Translations under genes and position numbers: made by a program | Assembly: GCA_964497195.1 (NCBI GenBank) | Contig: CAZCDC010000002.1 | Span: 2,969-66,968, forward strand | DNA length: 64,000 bases | Origin: an uncultured Rhodobacterales bacterium | GTDB lineage: Bacteria > Pseudomonadota > Alphaproteobacteria > Rhodobacterales > Rhodobacteraceae | Reading direction: 5' to 3' | The notes under the pieces: generated by a model | Database searches by the model: none | What the model was told of the DNA's origin: nothing | What the model saw: only the letters and a program-made list of their open reading frames with translations | Part shown: positions 8,961-20,100 of the stretch, in pieces | Layout of the letters: every line of letters begins with the position of its first letter | Position numbering within the stretch: the first letter of the stretch is position 1

Positions 8961-8985
8961 TTTGCGCATCTATAAGATGCGCAAA
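8961..8985. repeat. 25-bp perfect palindrome between cvpA and purF (candidate operator or mRNA hairpin)
   Basis: TTTGCGCATCT-ATA-AGATGCGCAAA, with 11-bp perfect arms. It ends 24 nt upstream of the purF ATG. No T-run follows, so it is not an intrinsic terminator. Confidence 0.85.
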
Positions 8986-9009
8986 TAGCCTCCAGCGAGA
9001 AAAAGCAAC

Positions 9010-10521
9010 ATGACTTTGTCCCAGATGCCGGCCTTTCATAAACATCCGTTTGATGACGACAAGCTGCGCGAGGAATGCGGGATATTTGGCATGAACGGCA
9101 TCGACGAGGCCGCTAATTTTGTCGCACTCGGGCTGCACGCATTGCAACATCGGGGCCAAGAAGCTGGCGGCATTGTTTCTTATGCGCCGGGGTCGGGTTT
9201 TAATTCGGTGCGCCGGTTTGGCTATGTGCGGGATAATTTCACCAAAGCCAGCCTGATGAAATCCCTGCCCGGCGAGTTGGCGATTGGCCATGTGCGTTAT
9301 TCCACCAGCGGCTCCAAAGGTAATACTGCCATTCGTGACGTGCAGCCGCTATTTGCCGAATTATCCATGGGCGGAGTCGCCATCGCCCATAACGGCAATC
9401 TGACCAATGCGCTGGCCCTGCGGCGTGAATTGATTGAACATGGCTCGATTTTCCAATCCAGTTCTGACAGCGAATGCATTGTGCATCTGATGGCGCGCAG
9501 TTTTCAAAAAAACATCCCCGAACGTCTAAAAGATGCTTTGCGACGGGTTGAGGGCGCATTTTCGGTGGTGGCCATGACCCGCACCAAATTGATGGGCGTG
9601 CGCGATGCGCTTGGCGTGCGGCCCCTGATGCTGGGCAAGCTGGGGGATGCTTATGTTTTGGCCTCGGAGACCTGCGCATTTGACATCATCGGCGCGGAAT
9701 TCATTCGCGAAATCGAACCGGGTGAAATGGTTGTTATTACAGGTGGAACGGTCGAAAGCTCGTTCCCGTTTGCCAAGGCTCCATCACGGTTTTGCATATT
9801 TGAACACGTCTATTTCAGCCGGCCCGACAGTATTCTGGGGGGCCGTTCGGTTTATGAAACCCGCCGCCGCATCGGGGTTGAGCTGGCCAAGGAATCTCCC
9901 GTAGATGCTGATTATGTTTGCCCTGTGCCCGATAGCGGCACACCGGCAGCAATTGGTTTCAGTCAGGAAAGCGGCATTCCATATGCCATGGGGATCATCC
10001 GAAACCAGTATATGGGCCGCACATTTATTGAACCCTCTGACCAAATTCGCAACATGGGCGTGCGTCTGAAATTGAACGTCAACCGCGCCTTGATCAAAGG
10101 AAAACGGGTTATTCTGGTGGATGATAGCATCGTGCGCGGCACAACAACGCAGAAAATCAAAGACATGTTTATGGATGCGGGCGCGGCTGCGGTGCATTTC
10201 CGTATTGCCTCTCCGCCCACGCAATGGCCCTGTTTTTATGGGGTGGATACGCCGGAAAAATCCAAACTATTGGCCAGCCAAATGACCCCCAAAGAGATGT
10301 GCAAACATCTGGGCGTCGATTCGCTGGAATTTATCTCGATTGATGGCATGTACCGCGCTGTTGGCGATGACAAAGGCCGTAACAATGCCCAACCGCAATA
10401 TTGCGATGCATGTTTTAGCGGTGATTATCCCGTGCGCCCCACCGATGCGCTGGCCGCAGAAAAAATAACGCTTTCAAACGATCAACAACCGGTTTTTGAA
10501 TTTAGCGAAATTGAGGCCTAG
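9010..10521 (+). CDS. purF: amidophosphoribosyltransferase
   Basis: Propeptide followed by the nucleophile CGIFGM, PRPP loop VILVDDSIVRGTT and Fe-S cysteines (WPCFYG, CDACFSG). Confidence 0.96.
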   Translation: MTLSQMPAFHKHPFDDDKLREECGIFGMNGIDEAANFVALGLHALQHRGQEAGGIVSYAPGSGFNSVRRFGYVRDNFTKASLMKSLPGELAIGHVRYSTSGSKGNTAIRDVQPLFAELSMGGVAIAHNGNLTNALALRRELIEHGSIFQSSSDSECIVHLMARSFQKNIPERLKDALRRVEGAFSVVAMTRTKLMGVRDALGVRPLMLGKLGDAYVLASETCAFDIIGAEFIREIEPGEMVVITGGTVESSFPFAKAPSRFCIFEHVYFSRPDSILGGRSVYETRRRIGVELAKESPVDADYVCPVPDSGTPAAIGFSQESGIPYAMGIIRNQYMGRTFIEPSDQIRNMGVRLKLNVNRALIKGKRVILVDDSIVRGTTTQKIKDMFMDAGAAAVHFRIASPPTQWPCFYGVDTPEKSKLLASQMTPKEMCKHLGVDSLEFISIDGMYRAVGDDKGRNNAQPQYCDACFSGDYPVRPTDALAAEKITLSNDQQPVFEFSEIEA

Positions 10522-10871
10522 GCCGCTTCGCCTGTGATATCGGCAAATTTTTCGGTCACGTAATTGATCATCAAGCCCATGACAAACAATGGCGGAAAAC
10601 CGATCTTGCGGGATGTATCTGCCTCGGCTGAGGCTTCGATCAAAACCTCGCCGCTCATGGCCAGAGCTTTAGGTTCTGCACTTACAAGAATGGGCTGTGC
10701 GTTTGGAGAGGCCAATTGTTCCAAAGCGGGCGTGGTGTCAATTTCGGTTTCATTTTGAACAGAAATTTGCGCATCCATCGGCACAACATCATCCCCACTC
10801 AAAACCTTATAACCGCCAAACACCACTGCGCCCGCAGCAACCATGCCAAATATTGGTGTTAGATTCGCCAT
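10518..10871 (-). CDS. hypothetical small membrane protein (117 aa)
   Basis: ORF only. It has an N-terminal TM (IFGMVAAGAVVFGGY) and a C-terminal hydrophobic segment (FPPLFVMGLMINYV). Its stop overlaps the purF stop within CTAG. I recognise no family. Confidence 0.4.
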   Translation of the reverse strand: MANLTPIFGMVAAGAVVFGGYKVLSGDDVVPMDAQISVQNETEIDTTPALEQLASPNAQPILVSAEPKALAMSGEVLIEASAEADTSRKIGFPPLFVMGLMINYVTEKFADITGEAA

Positions 10872-10943
10872 TTTACGCTCCCGTTTTTTACATTCAGATA
10901 CTGCAATGTATAAATCCGGTCAACTGCGCGTTTTGCCCACCCA

Positions 10944-10970
10944 TAAAAAAAGCCCCGCAAAAGCGAGGCT
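10944..10970 (-). terminator. Rho-independent terminator after bioY
   Basis: The minus strand reads AGCCTCGC-TTTT-GCGGGGCT followed by TTTTTTT. It starts 20 nt downstream of the bioY stop. Confidence 0.82.
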
Positions 10971-10989
10971 TTTAGTTAATTTATAGCGA

Positions 10990-11580
10990 TTAGCCTTTGA
11001 TGCGTTTTACAATCGTCCAAGCTGCGGGCAGCAATAGCGCAGCCAGCGCGATTTTCAATGCATCACCCATCAAAAATGGCGCAACACCTTTGGCAAAAGC
11101 TGTGGAAATATCCATGCCATAAAGGTAGCTAAGCCACGCCATGCCCGGAATGTAAATCAGCGCGTTTGCAACCACCAAAACAGGAACAAGCTTGAGCGCC
11201 GAGCGATCCCAGCCCTTGGTTGCTGCATAGGCCAACACCAATAATGCCAGCACAAACCCAACCAGATACCCGCCGGTGCTGCCTGTCATATAGCTCCAAC
11301 CATTTAGCGCAGCAGAAGAATTGGCAAAAACATCAAAACCAAGCGCGCCAATAATAAGATAGCCAATGATGGTTGTCAGCCCCAAACGCGGGCCATAAGC
11401 CGCGCCAATGGTCAGCACTGCAAATGTACCCATAGAAACCGGCACAGGCGTATTTGGCAGCGGCACTTTGATTTTAGCGGCAAGGGCCATCAATGCGATG
11501 CCCGCCACAACCAGCACGATTTGGCGCACAATAGAACCGGAACGCCAGAATGCATCCGAAAGAGTCATATAGTAGGTCAT
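10990..11580 (-). CDS. bioY: biotin transporter BioY
   Basis: AAKIKVPLPNTPVPVSMGTFAVLTIGAAYGPRLG...GGYLVGF is typical BioY. Length is 196 aa, about 6 TM. Confidence 0.88.
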   Translation of the reverse strand: MTYYMTLSDAFWRSGSIVRQIVLVVAGIALMALAAKIKVPLPNTPVPVSMGTFAVLTIGAAYGPRLGLTTIIGYLIIGALGFDVFANSSAALNGWSYMTGSTGGYLVGFVLALLVLAYAATKGWDRSALKLVPVLVVANALIYIPGMAWLSYLYGMDISTAFAKGVAPFLMGDALKIALAALLLPAAWTIVKRIKG

Positions 11581-11712
11581 GAATTTCCCCTGAGGTTTAT
11601 TTAATAAGCTAAAACCTTTGTGACGCCAACTAAACCCTATTTCAAGGGGGTATAATGTACCGCGTCAAATATTCCCGTTGAAAACGTTCCAAATTTGCGC
11701 CAAACCGCTGTC

Positions 11713-12369
11713 ATGACAGAAAATACAAAAATCGCGCTTGTGACGGGCGCCTCGCGCGGGTTGGGTTATGCCACCGCTTTGCAACTTTCGAACGCCGGAT
11801 ATCATATTATCGCGGTGGCCCGCACCATGGGGGGGCTGGAAGAATTGGCCGATATTATTGAGGCTAATGATAAAACCATCACTGTCGCAGCGATGGATGT
11901 AACCAATGAGAAAAATCTGCAACAGCTTTGCCTGTCGATTTTTGAACGCTGGGGCCATCTGGACCTGTTGGTGCATTGCGCCAGCAACGCGCCATTGCTA
12001 ACCCCTGCCACGCAAATATCTGCCAAAGATTTTGACACCGTTTTTAACACCAACGCCCGCGCCACCAGCCGCATTATTGCATTAACGGAATCCCTGCTGC
12101 GGGTTGCGCCAAATGGCAAAGCCGTGTTTATCAATGATCCGCGCGCTGGCCAAAAATTCTTTGGCGCTTATGCAGCGTCCAAAGCGGCCGCCAATTCGCT
12201 GGTCAAAAGCTGGATGGCTGAAACCAAAAACCTGAAACCTGACGTGTCGCTGTTTACGCCCAACCCGATGCCCACGGCCACGCGCGCACGGTTTTTTCCC
12301 GGTGAGGATAAATCGGAACTCAGCAGTGCAAAAGCCGAGGCGAAACGGCTTTTGGCAACAATTCTATAA
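11713..12369 (+). CDS. SDR-family oxidoreductase
   Basis: ALVTGASRGLGYA Rossmann motif and the YAASKAA catalytic motif. I used the ATG at 11713. Confidence 0.85.
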   Translation: MTENTKIALVTGASRGLGYATALQLSNAGYHIIAVARTMGGLEELADIIEANDKTITVAAMDVTNEKNLQQLCLSIFERWGHLDLLVHCASNAPLLTPATQISAKDFDTVFNTNARATSRIIALTESLLRVAPNGKAVFINDPRAGQKFFGAYAASKAAANSLVKSWMAETKNLKPDVSLFTPNPMPTATRARFFPGEDKSELSSAKAEAKRLLATIL

Positions 12370-12377
12370 AACCCGCT

Positions 12378-13793
12378 TTAGTGGATTCGCCGTTTTGCAG
12401 CCTTGGCCGCATACGGATTATCGCCGCCACGCAGGAACAAACGAATGGGCGTGCCGGGCATGTCAAACGCCACGCGCAGGCCATTCACCAAAAACCGCTT
12501 ATAGCTTTCGGGCACTTTGTCGGGCACCGAGGTAAACACCACAAATGTCGGTGGGCGGGTTTTTACCTGGGTCATATAGCGCATTTTAATACGGCGACCA
12601 GACGGTGCGGGCGGTGGATGTTGTTCCAATTGCAGACGCAGCCAGCGGTTCAGCCGCGCGGTTGAAATCCGAGTATTCCAGACCTCATGCGCCGAGGTAA
12701 TCGCGGTATAAAGCCGGTCAATGCCTTTGCCGGTCAGGGCCGAAACCATCACCATCGGCGCGCCGCGCATTTGTGGCAACAATCGGCCAAACCGTTCGCG
12801 CAAGTCTTTGAGTTTAATCTGCTTTTCGGTCTCAAGATCCCATTTATTGACAGCCAGCACCACAGCCCTGCCCTCACGCTCAGCCAGATCGGCGAGGCGC
12901 AAATCCTGCTGCTCAAACGGGACTTGTACATCCAGCAAGACCACGACAACCTCGGCAAACCTTACAGCCCGCAAACCATCAGAAACCGACAGCTTTTCCA
13001 GCTTTTCCTGCACTTTGGCTTTTTTGCGCATGCCGGCTGTGTCAAAAATCCTGAAATCACGCCCATCCCAGTTGGTATTGACCGAGATCGCATCGCGGGT
13101 GATGCCGGCCTCTGGCCCCGTTAGCAAACGCTCCTCACCCAAAATCTGGTTAATCAGGGTGGATTTACCAGCATTGGGACGGCCCACAACCGCAATTTGC
13201 AGCGGACGGTCATCGGGGATGGCAACAGCAAACCCTTCTTCGTCAACCTCGTCAGAAATATCGATATTTGTTTCTGGTTCAAAATTGCTTTCTGCAAACG
13301 AATCCGAAATGGGCATCAGGATTTGATACAAATCTTCCATGCCTTCACCGTGTTCGGCTGAAATTTGCAACGGCTCCCCGAGGCCCAGCGAATAGGCCTC
13401 GTAAAACCCGGATTCGCCAGCTTTGCCTTCGGCTTTATTCGCGGCGACAATTACGTGATCAGCGCGTTTACGCAGGATTTCAGCAAAAACCTGATCATCA
13501 GGCGTTACGCCATCACGCGCATCGATCATAAACAGGCAAACATCAGCCATATCAACGGCACGTTCAGTCAGCGCGCGCATGCGCCCCTGAAGGCTCTCAT
13601 CCGTGGCTTGTTCCAAACCTGCGGTATCAATCACCGTGAAACGCAAATCACCAAGACGGGCTTCGCCTTCGCGCAGGTCCCGCGTAACCCCCGGTTGATC
13701 ATCAACCAAAGCCAGCTTTTTGCCAACCAGACGGTTAAACAACGTAGATTTACCAACATTCGGGCGCCCGACAATGGCCAGAGTAAATGACAT
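12378..13793 (-). CDS. der: ribosome-biogenesis GTPase Der (EngA)
   Basis: Two G-domains (GRPNVGKST and [13 protein letters not shown] twice, NKxD twice) plus a KH-like C-terminus. Confidence 0.96.
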   Translation of the reverse strand: MSFTLAIVGRPNVGKSTLFNRLVGKKLALVDDQPGVTRDLREGEARLGDLRFTVIDTAGLEQATDESLQGRMRALTERAVDMADVCLFMIDARDGVTPDDQVFAEILRKRADHVIVAANKAEGKAGESGFYEAYSLGLGEPLQISAEHGEGMEDLYQILMPISDSFAESNFEPETNIDISDEVDEEGFAVAIPDDRPLQIAVVGRPNAGKSTLINQILGEERLLTGPEAGITRDAISVNTNWDGRDFRIFDTAGMRKKAKVQEKLEKLSVSDGLRAVRFAEVVVVLLDVQVPFEQQDLRLADLAEREGRAVVLAVNKWDLETEKQIKLKDLRERFGRLLPQMRGAPMVMVSALTGKGIDRLYTAITSAHEVWNTRISTARLNRWLRLQLEQHPPPAPSGRRIKMRYMTQVKTRPPTFVVFTSVPDKVPESYKRFLVNGLRVAFDMPGTPIRLFLRGGDNPYAAKAAKRRIH

Positions 13794-13862
13794 GAATTTT
13801 GCCTTTAAAAACAGGTTTAGGGGCCAATAACCCCAAGCTGCGCTTACTATAGGGTAAAACCC

Positions 13863-15185
13863 TTATTGAAAAGCGTGAAGTTTGCCATTTTGCGATTGAA
13901 TATACATTACGCCACCAGCGATCACAGGGGCCGAGGCCGCGCCGCCCGGAATGTTCGCTGAAGATGTTTCCGCACCGCTGGTTGGATCAAAACCGCGCAA
14001 TTGCCCGTCAGCGCCTGCGACAAAAACTTGCCCGCCAGCCACAATCGGGCCATGATGCAGGATAAAACCTCTGCGTTTATTGGGCTTTTCATATTCGGGC
14101 AATTGTACAGACCAAAGCACATCACCATTGCTGGCATTGATGCGCATTAGCTGGGCGCGGTCCGTAACCACAAAAAGTGACCCGCCAATTGCAGCGGCCG
14201 GGCTAAGGGAGCCTGCCGGAACCGACCAGTTAGTATTGCCATTATTTAAAGTAACAGAAGCAATTTCTCCGCCTTGGTTGGCCAGATAAACCCGCCCCCC
14301 AAGAATAACCGGATCACCGGTGATTTCGCCAATTGTACCCCGCGTGGACGAAAGCCGCGTGGTGTTTATGTCTGCCTGCCAGCGCACAGTGCCAGCAGTG
14401 GTGATTCCATAAACCCTGCCCGAACTGAACGGGAATACCACCATGGTGCCATTTACAGCAGGGCTGGCGCCGCCCAGAATTGCCGCATTTGTGGCGTGCG
14501 GGCCGGGGATGCTCCAGGCCAATTCGCCATTGCTGGCGCGCAGGGCATGGGCCACGTCATCACGGGTTACAAAATATACCTGCCCGTCAGCAACAGTAGG
14601 GGCAGAACGGATGGGCGCGTCAAACGCATAACGCCATTGTACCGTGCCGGTCGCCAGCGACAACGCCAGCATTTCGCCAAAACCTGTGCCGACAAACAGC
14701 GTATCACCCGCAAGCGCAATGCCGCCGCCAAAGCCTTCAACACCGGATTTTTCCAGCAGTGGTACCAATTCGGTTGACCATATTTCGCCGCCATCAGCCG
14801 CCGAAACTGCCCGCACAACGCTGCTGGCATCCAGCATATAAACAACGCCCGAAGAAATTACCGGCGAGGACGTAATGCGCGAACGATCAGAATTGCCGCG
14901 CCCATTGTTAATTGTCCAAACCAGGCTAGGTGTGGCGGAAAATGCCAAATGGGGCACAACATTGCTGGCCCCATATGATTTTTGTGGCCAGTTTGCATTG
15001 CTGACGGGTGTGCCAAGATTGATCGCTGCGGCCACATTTTGCACAACAACATTTTCATTGGGACGAAGGGAATGACGCTCCCCCGGAAGGATATTGTCAT
15101 CGCCTTTGCAGGCCGAAAGCGCCAATAGCGCCACGCCAATCAGGCCAATGTTTCCGGGTCTTTTTAATGTTGCAAAAATACTCAT
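13863..15185 (-). CDS. PQQ-like beta-propeller lipoprotein (BamB-like)
   Basis: Lipobox LLALSAC, repeated propeller blades (G.VY......G.L.A....G...W) and the conserved position upstream of der. I used the ATG at 15185 because the track start is a GTG. Confidence 0.8.
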   Translation of the reverse strand: MSIFATLKRPGNIGLIGVALLALSACKGDDNILPGERHSLRPNENVVVQNVAAAINLGTPVSNANWPQKSYGASNVVPHLAFSATPSLVWTINNGRGNSDRSRITSSPVISSGVVYMLDASSVVRAVSAADGGEIWSTELVPLLEKSGVEGFGGGIALAGDTLFVGTGFGEMLALSLATGTVQWRYAFDAPIRSAPTVADGQVYFVTRDDVAHALRASNGELAWSIPGPHATNAAILGGASPAVNGTMVVFPFSSGRVYGITTAGTVRWQADINTTRLSSTRGTIGEITGDPVILGGRVYLANQGGEIASVTLNNGNTNWSVPAGSLSPAAAIGGSLFVVTDRAQLMRINASNGDVLWSVQLPEYEKPNKRRGFILHHGPIVAGGQVFVAGADGQLRGFDPTSGAETSSANIPGGAASAPVIAGGVMYIQSQNGKLHAFQ

Positions 15186-15200
15186 GAATTCCACCCCAGC

Positions 15201-15853
15201 TTAGCCGTTTCCGGTTATTGCCAGCTCCCCGCCAAGACTAATTGTCAGTTGTTGCGCACGACCGCTAAGACCCTGTGACAGGGTTTCATCCGCCAAAATG
15301 CGTGCAAGATCAGCCAGTGCAGCATCGGTGTTGCCATCTCGAATATGCTGCAAGGCACGCTGTTCGATGCCCAGCAACCGATACGGATCGGTTTCCTGGC
15401 TAATGCTATCAATAATATTATCGCGTTCATCCGCAGACATATTTTCGCCGTTCAGTATGATGATTTTCAGCCATGCCAGATCGGTATAAATGTCAGACAA
15501 ACTGCTGCTGTCGGTGATGTTGGTCAACGCGGCCACGGCCCCGTCGATATCATCCGCCAAAGCCAATACTGTTGAATGCTGGAAATTTGCCAGCACCGAT
15601 GCCGGAATATCCTCTGCCGCGAGCTCAGCCAGCGTTCCTGCATCCCCTGCATCAACGGCTGCACGCATAACATCACCAGTCAGTTGGGCCTTTTTGGCCA
15701 TCGCCCCTTTGTTCCATTCATTATAGGCAGTGCCGCCAACAATGGCCAAAACAACCAGCGCCAGAACCCAAGCGTATTTCTTGAATGTAGTGAATAATTT
15801 GTCACGGCGCACCTCTTCGGTGACCTCGGTAATAAAGGAATCAGATTCGCTCA
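15201..15853 (-). CDS. YfgM-like membrane-anchored TPR-like protein
   Basis: A single TM (YAWVLALVVLAIVGGTAY) after a basic segment, then an Ala/Leu-rich helical C-part. The position upstream of the bamB-like gene is conserved. A GTG start at 15853 follows GGAGAG. The track start at 15911 looks over-extended. Confidence 0.6.
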
Positions 15854-16068
15854 CGTTAACTCTCCAAAGGTTATCGGCGATGACTTTATAAGGTTGATAA
15901 CACGGATGCAAAGGTAAACACGCAGCAATGGGGAATTACGCCGGTTCTGACGTTGCGGAACAGTTTGACAGTTTTGCCCGCGGCATCTTGTTGTTGGAAT
16001 GAGAAGCGCCTATCTATTAGCGTAATCCGACCGTTGGCTGGCGGCACCAGCGCCAAAGGAGCAATTCC

Positions 16069-17157
16069 ATGAAAATGGTTCATGTATTAACTGCAATTCT
16101 TGTTGCAATGTTTATTTACGCTATCATCATGGAAAGAGACAGGCTTATGGCGCTTGTGGGTGTCGAACCCGAAATCGAAATAGTTGATACTCCCGCCACT
16201 AACCAAAACAGAGAAGCCGCGGTATCGGTTGTGGCGCTGCATTCCGTTGCCCAAACCGTACAATCCGGCATTTTGCTGCGCGGCCAAACCGAAGCAGCGC
16301 GGCGGGTTGATGTGCGTTCTGAAATATCGGGCCGCGTGATTTCGGAGCCATTGCGGCGCGGCGCAACTGTTATTGCAGGGCAAATTCTATGCCAGCTGGA
16401 TCCCGGCACCTTGCAATCACAATTGAACGAAGCCAACGCCCGCTCCGATGAAGCCGTCGCCAATGCCAATGTAGCAACCCAGTTGGCTGAGCGCGGGTTT
16501 GGTGCTGAAAACAATGCGATTTCAGCCGCCGCTGGTCTCGAATCCGCCAAAGCCCGTGTGCAAAGCGTGGAACGCGCTATGGGGCAGTTGGTTATTCACG
16601 CGCCCTTTGCTGGCATTCTGGAATCCGATACCACCGAAATCGGCAGCCTGCTGCAACCCGGCGGCCTGTGCGCCACGGTGATTGCCCTCGATACCATTAA
16701 ATTGGTTGGCCATGCGCCCGAACTCGAAGTGATTGAACTGGAGGTCGGCCAACGCGCCGGTGCGCGGCTGATTTCCGGGCGGCAAGTGGTTGGACAGGTT
16801 ACATTTATTTCCCGCTCGGCTGATCCATTGACACGTACATTCCGGTTGGAGGTTACCATTGATAACGCTGATCTAAGCATCAGCGACGGCCAGACCGCTG
16901 AAATCGTGATCGAAACTGCTGGAGAGGTGGCGCATTTGCTGCCTCAACATGTGCTGACGCTTGATAATGACGGCACCCTTGGGGTGCGTACTGTGGGTGA
17001 CGGGGTTGCGGTATTTATGCCGGTAAAAATTATCCGTGACACACTTGAGGGATTTTGGCTGTCTGGCCTCCCGCAGGAGGTCGACGTGATTGTGGTCGGG
17101 CAAGAATATGTCACCGATGGCCGCGCAATTGATGTGACCATGCGGAGCACAAATTAA
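16069..17157 (+). CDS. RND efflux periplasmic adaptor (membrane fusion protein)
   Basis: N-terminal TM, then coiled-coil (LQSQLNEANARSDEA...) flanked by barrel-like segments. An AGGAG RBS precedes the start. The stop overlaps the start of the RND pump. Confidence 0.85.
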   Translation: MKMVHVLTAILVAMFIYAIIMERDRLMALVGVEPEIEIVDTPATNQNREAAVSVVALHSVAQTVQSGILLRGQTEAARRVDVRSEISGRVISEPLRRGATVIAGQILCQLDPGTLQSQLNEANARSDEAVANANVATQLAERGFGAENNAISAAAGLESAKARVQSVERAMGQLVIHAPFAGILESDTTEIGSLLQPGGLCATVIALDTIKLVGHAPELEVIELEVGQRAGARLISGRQVVGQVTFISRSADPLTRTFRLEVTIDNADLSISDGQTAEIVIETAGEVAHLLPQHVLTLDNDGTLGVRTVGDGVAVFMPVKIIRDTLEGFWLSGLPQEVDVIVVGQEYVTDGRAIDVTMRSTN

Positions 17158-20100
17158 TGACCGGCATTGTCGATTGGGCCTTAGGCCGCGCCCGAATGAT
17201 TTTGGCGTTTATCGCCATGTCGATCATTGCAGGCCTTGCCGCTTATTCAACCCTGCCAAAAGAAGGCGCGCCGGATATCGACATTCCGATGCTGTTTGTT
17301 TCGGCTATTTACCCCGGTATTTCGGCTGAAGATTCCGAACGCCTGCTGGTTAAACCACTGGAAAACCATCTAAGCGATGCGTCGGGTTTGGAAATGATGA
17401 CCTCAACCGCCGCTGAGGGTTTCGGCGGGGTTGTTCTTGAATTTGATTTCAATTGGGACCGCGAATCAACATTGGCGGATGTGCGAGATAAAGTTTCGCA
17501 GGCGGAAAACTCCCTGCCCGACGGTGTTAGCACAATTTCAATAACCGAGGTTAGTTTCTCTGCTTTTCCAGTGATTATTCTGGCGCTTTCCGGCGAGGTT
17601 CCCGAACGTACATTGTTGCAGGTCGCCAAAGATCTTCAGGCCGAGATCGAGGGCATGGCCGAGGTGCTGGAAGTGGGCATTGCCGGCCAACGCGACGAGA
17701 TGCTGGAGGTCATAATCGACCCTCTGAAACTGGAGGCCTATAACGTCACAGCCGGCGAATTGATCGCCGCTGTTAACAACAATAACCGTCTGATTGCTGC
17801 TGGTGAGGTTCAGGTTGGTTCAGGTGCATATGCCATTAAAATTCCGTCAGCATTTGATGACCCGCAGGATGTTTTTGACCTGCCGGTAAAGCGCAATGGG
17901 GACCGCACCATTACCATCGGCGACATCGCAGAAATTCGCCTGACATTCGAGGACCGCGAAGGCACAGCGCGTTTTAATGGTGAATCTACCGTTGCATTAC
18001 AAGTAGTTAAACGCAAAGGCGCCAATTTGATCGAGACCGTGGCCTTGGTCCGTGAGGTGGCAAATGCCTATATTGACCAATGGCCAGATGAGCTGAAACA
18101 AGCGATCGAGGTGAATTTCAGTCTCGATAGCTCGGCTGAGGTACAGGGCATGGTGGACCAGCTTTTGGCCTCGGTTTTGACGGCGATTGCGCTGGTGATG
18201 ATTGTGGTGCTGGCCTCGCTTGGGGTGCGCTCCTCCTTGCTGGTTGGCTTTGCCATTCCGACGTCATTTTTGCTGACATTCGCGATTTTAGCTGTCATGG
18301 ATATCGCCATCTCCAATATTGTGATGTTTGGCCTTATTCTGGCGGTGGGTATGCTGGTCGACGGGGCCATTGTCGTGGTGGAATATGCCGACAAAAAAGT
18401 GCGAGAGGGCATCGGCCCAATGCAGGCCTATGGCATGGCAGCCAAACGTATGTTCTGGCCGATTGTATCGTCAACCGCGACCACGTTATGCGCGTTTTTG
18501 CCGTTTTTATTCTGGCCGGGCATTGCCGGACAATTCATGAATAAACTGCCCGTGACCATTATTATTGTGCTGTCCGCATCCTTGCTGGTGGCGTTGATTT
18601 ATCTGCCGGTTGTTGGCGGTGTTGCTGGGCGAATTTCGCGCATCATGGAAGACATCTCCAAGGCGCTGAACAAAAACCTGAACTTCTGGCTCAGGCTGAT
18701 GATTAGTTTTGTCGCAGCCATAATTGCCTTTCGCGGCGTCATTGAGGCGCTAAGCGGAAATATCGCGCTGGGCGGTATTGTTTTCGTAATCGGCGCGATG
18801 CTTTTATCAACCTTTATTGGCAGTCTGCGGACACCACCACGCGAACAGGTGCAAAAAGCCGGATATAAACGCAGCCGTTTTGGTAAAATTATCCATTTTA
18901 TTTCCGGTAATCCGATTATGCCGGTGGTCACGGTTGTTCTGGTTCTTACCTTTGTGATGTCGATTTTCAAACTATACGGCGAAAATAATAACGGGTTTGA
19001 GTTTTTTGTTGAAACCGAACCCGAACGTGCGGTGGCTTATGTACGGGCGCGCGGCAATTTATCACTGGTTGAAAAAGATCGGCTGGTAAAACTGGCCGAG
19101 GATGCAATCGCGGGCATTGACGGCGTTGCTTATGTATTTGCTTTTGCCGGTTCTGGCGGATTGAACACCAATAATGGTGGCGTAGACAGCCCCATTGATA
19201 CCATCGGCGAAATCCAGATCGAACTGGCCCCGTGGGATGAACGCGGACTTGGTCGCGACATTATCAACCAGATTGAGGCAAGCCTGGCTGATATTCCAGG
19301 CATTCAGGCCCAAATCGTTGAACAAAACCTTGGCCCTGCCAGCGGCGCGGCGGTGTTTTTGCGGCTAAAAGGCGCCAACTGGGAAGATTTATTAAGCGCC
19401 ACGGAAACCGTCCGAACCTATTTTGATAATCTTGATGGATTGGTCAACCAAGAGGACACCCGCCCCTTGCCCGGCATTGATTGGCAGTTGGACGTCGACG
19501 TTGAACAAGCCGGACGATTTGGCACCGATGTCGCAAGCATTGGTGGCATGGTGCAGCTGGTAACGCGGGGCCTGACCCTTGGCACAATGCGTACAGATTC
19601 TTCGGACGAAGAAATCGACATTCGGGTGCGTTTCCCCGAGAAAGACCGCCTGCTCTCCACTCTTGATACCTTGCGCGTGCGCACCCCCCAGGCTTTGGTA
19701 CCCCTCTCCAATTTTGTCACCCGTTCGCCCGTGCCAAAGCTGGGAACAATCAACCGGTTCGACCAAGAGCGCTATTTTAACGTAACTTCCAGCGTGGCTG
19801 ACGATGTAAATGCCAATGAACGTATTGTTGTCATTACCGAATGGCTGGAAAACGACGCTGTGCTACCGGCAAATATCGAATGGGAATTCACCGGCGATAG
19901 CGAAGAACAAGCGGAGACCGCTGCGTTTCTGGCGGTTGGTTTTGCGGGCGCGCTTGGCTTGATGTTTGTCATTCTTTTGGCGCAGTTCAATTCATTCTAT
20001 TATTCGGCTCTGGTGCTGGTTGCGGTGGTTTTATCCACTACAGGCGTGTTGATCGGAATGTTGGTCATGGGCCAGCCGTTCAGCTTTATCATGACCGGCA

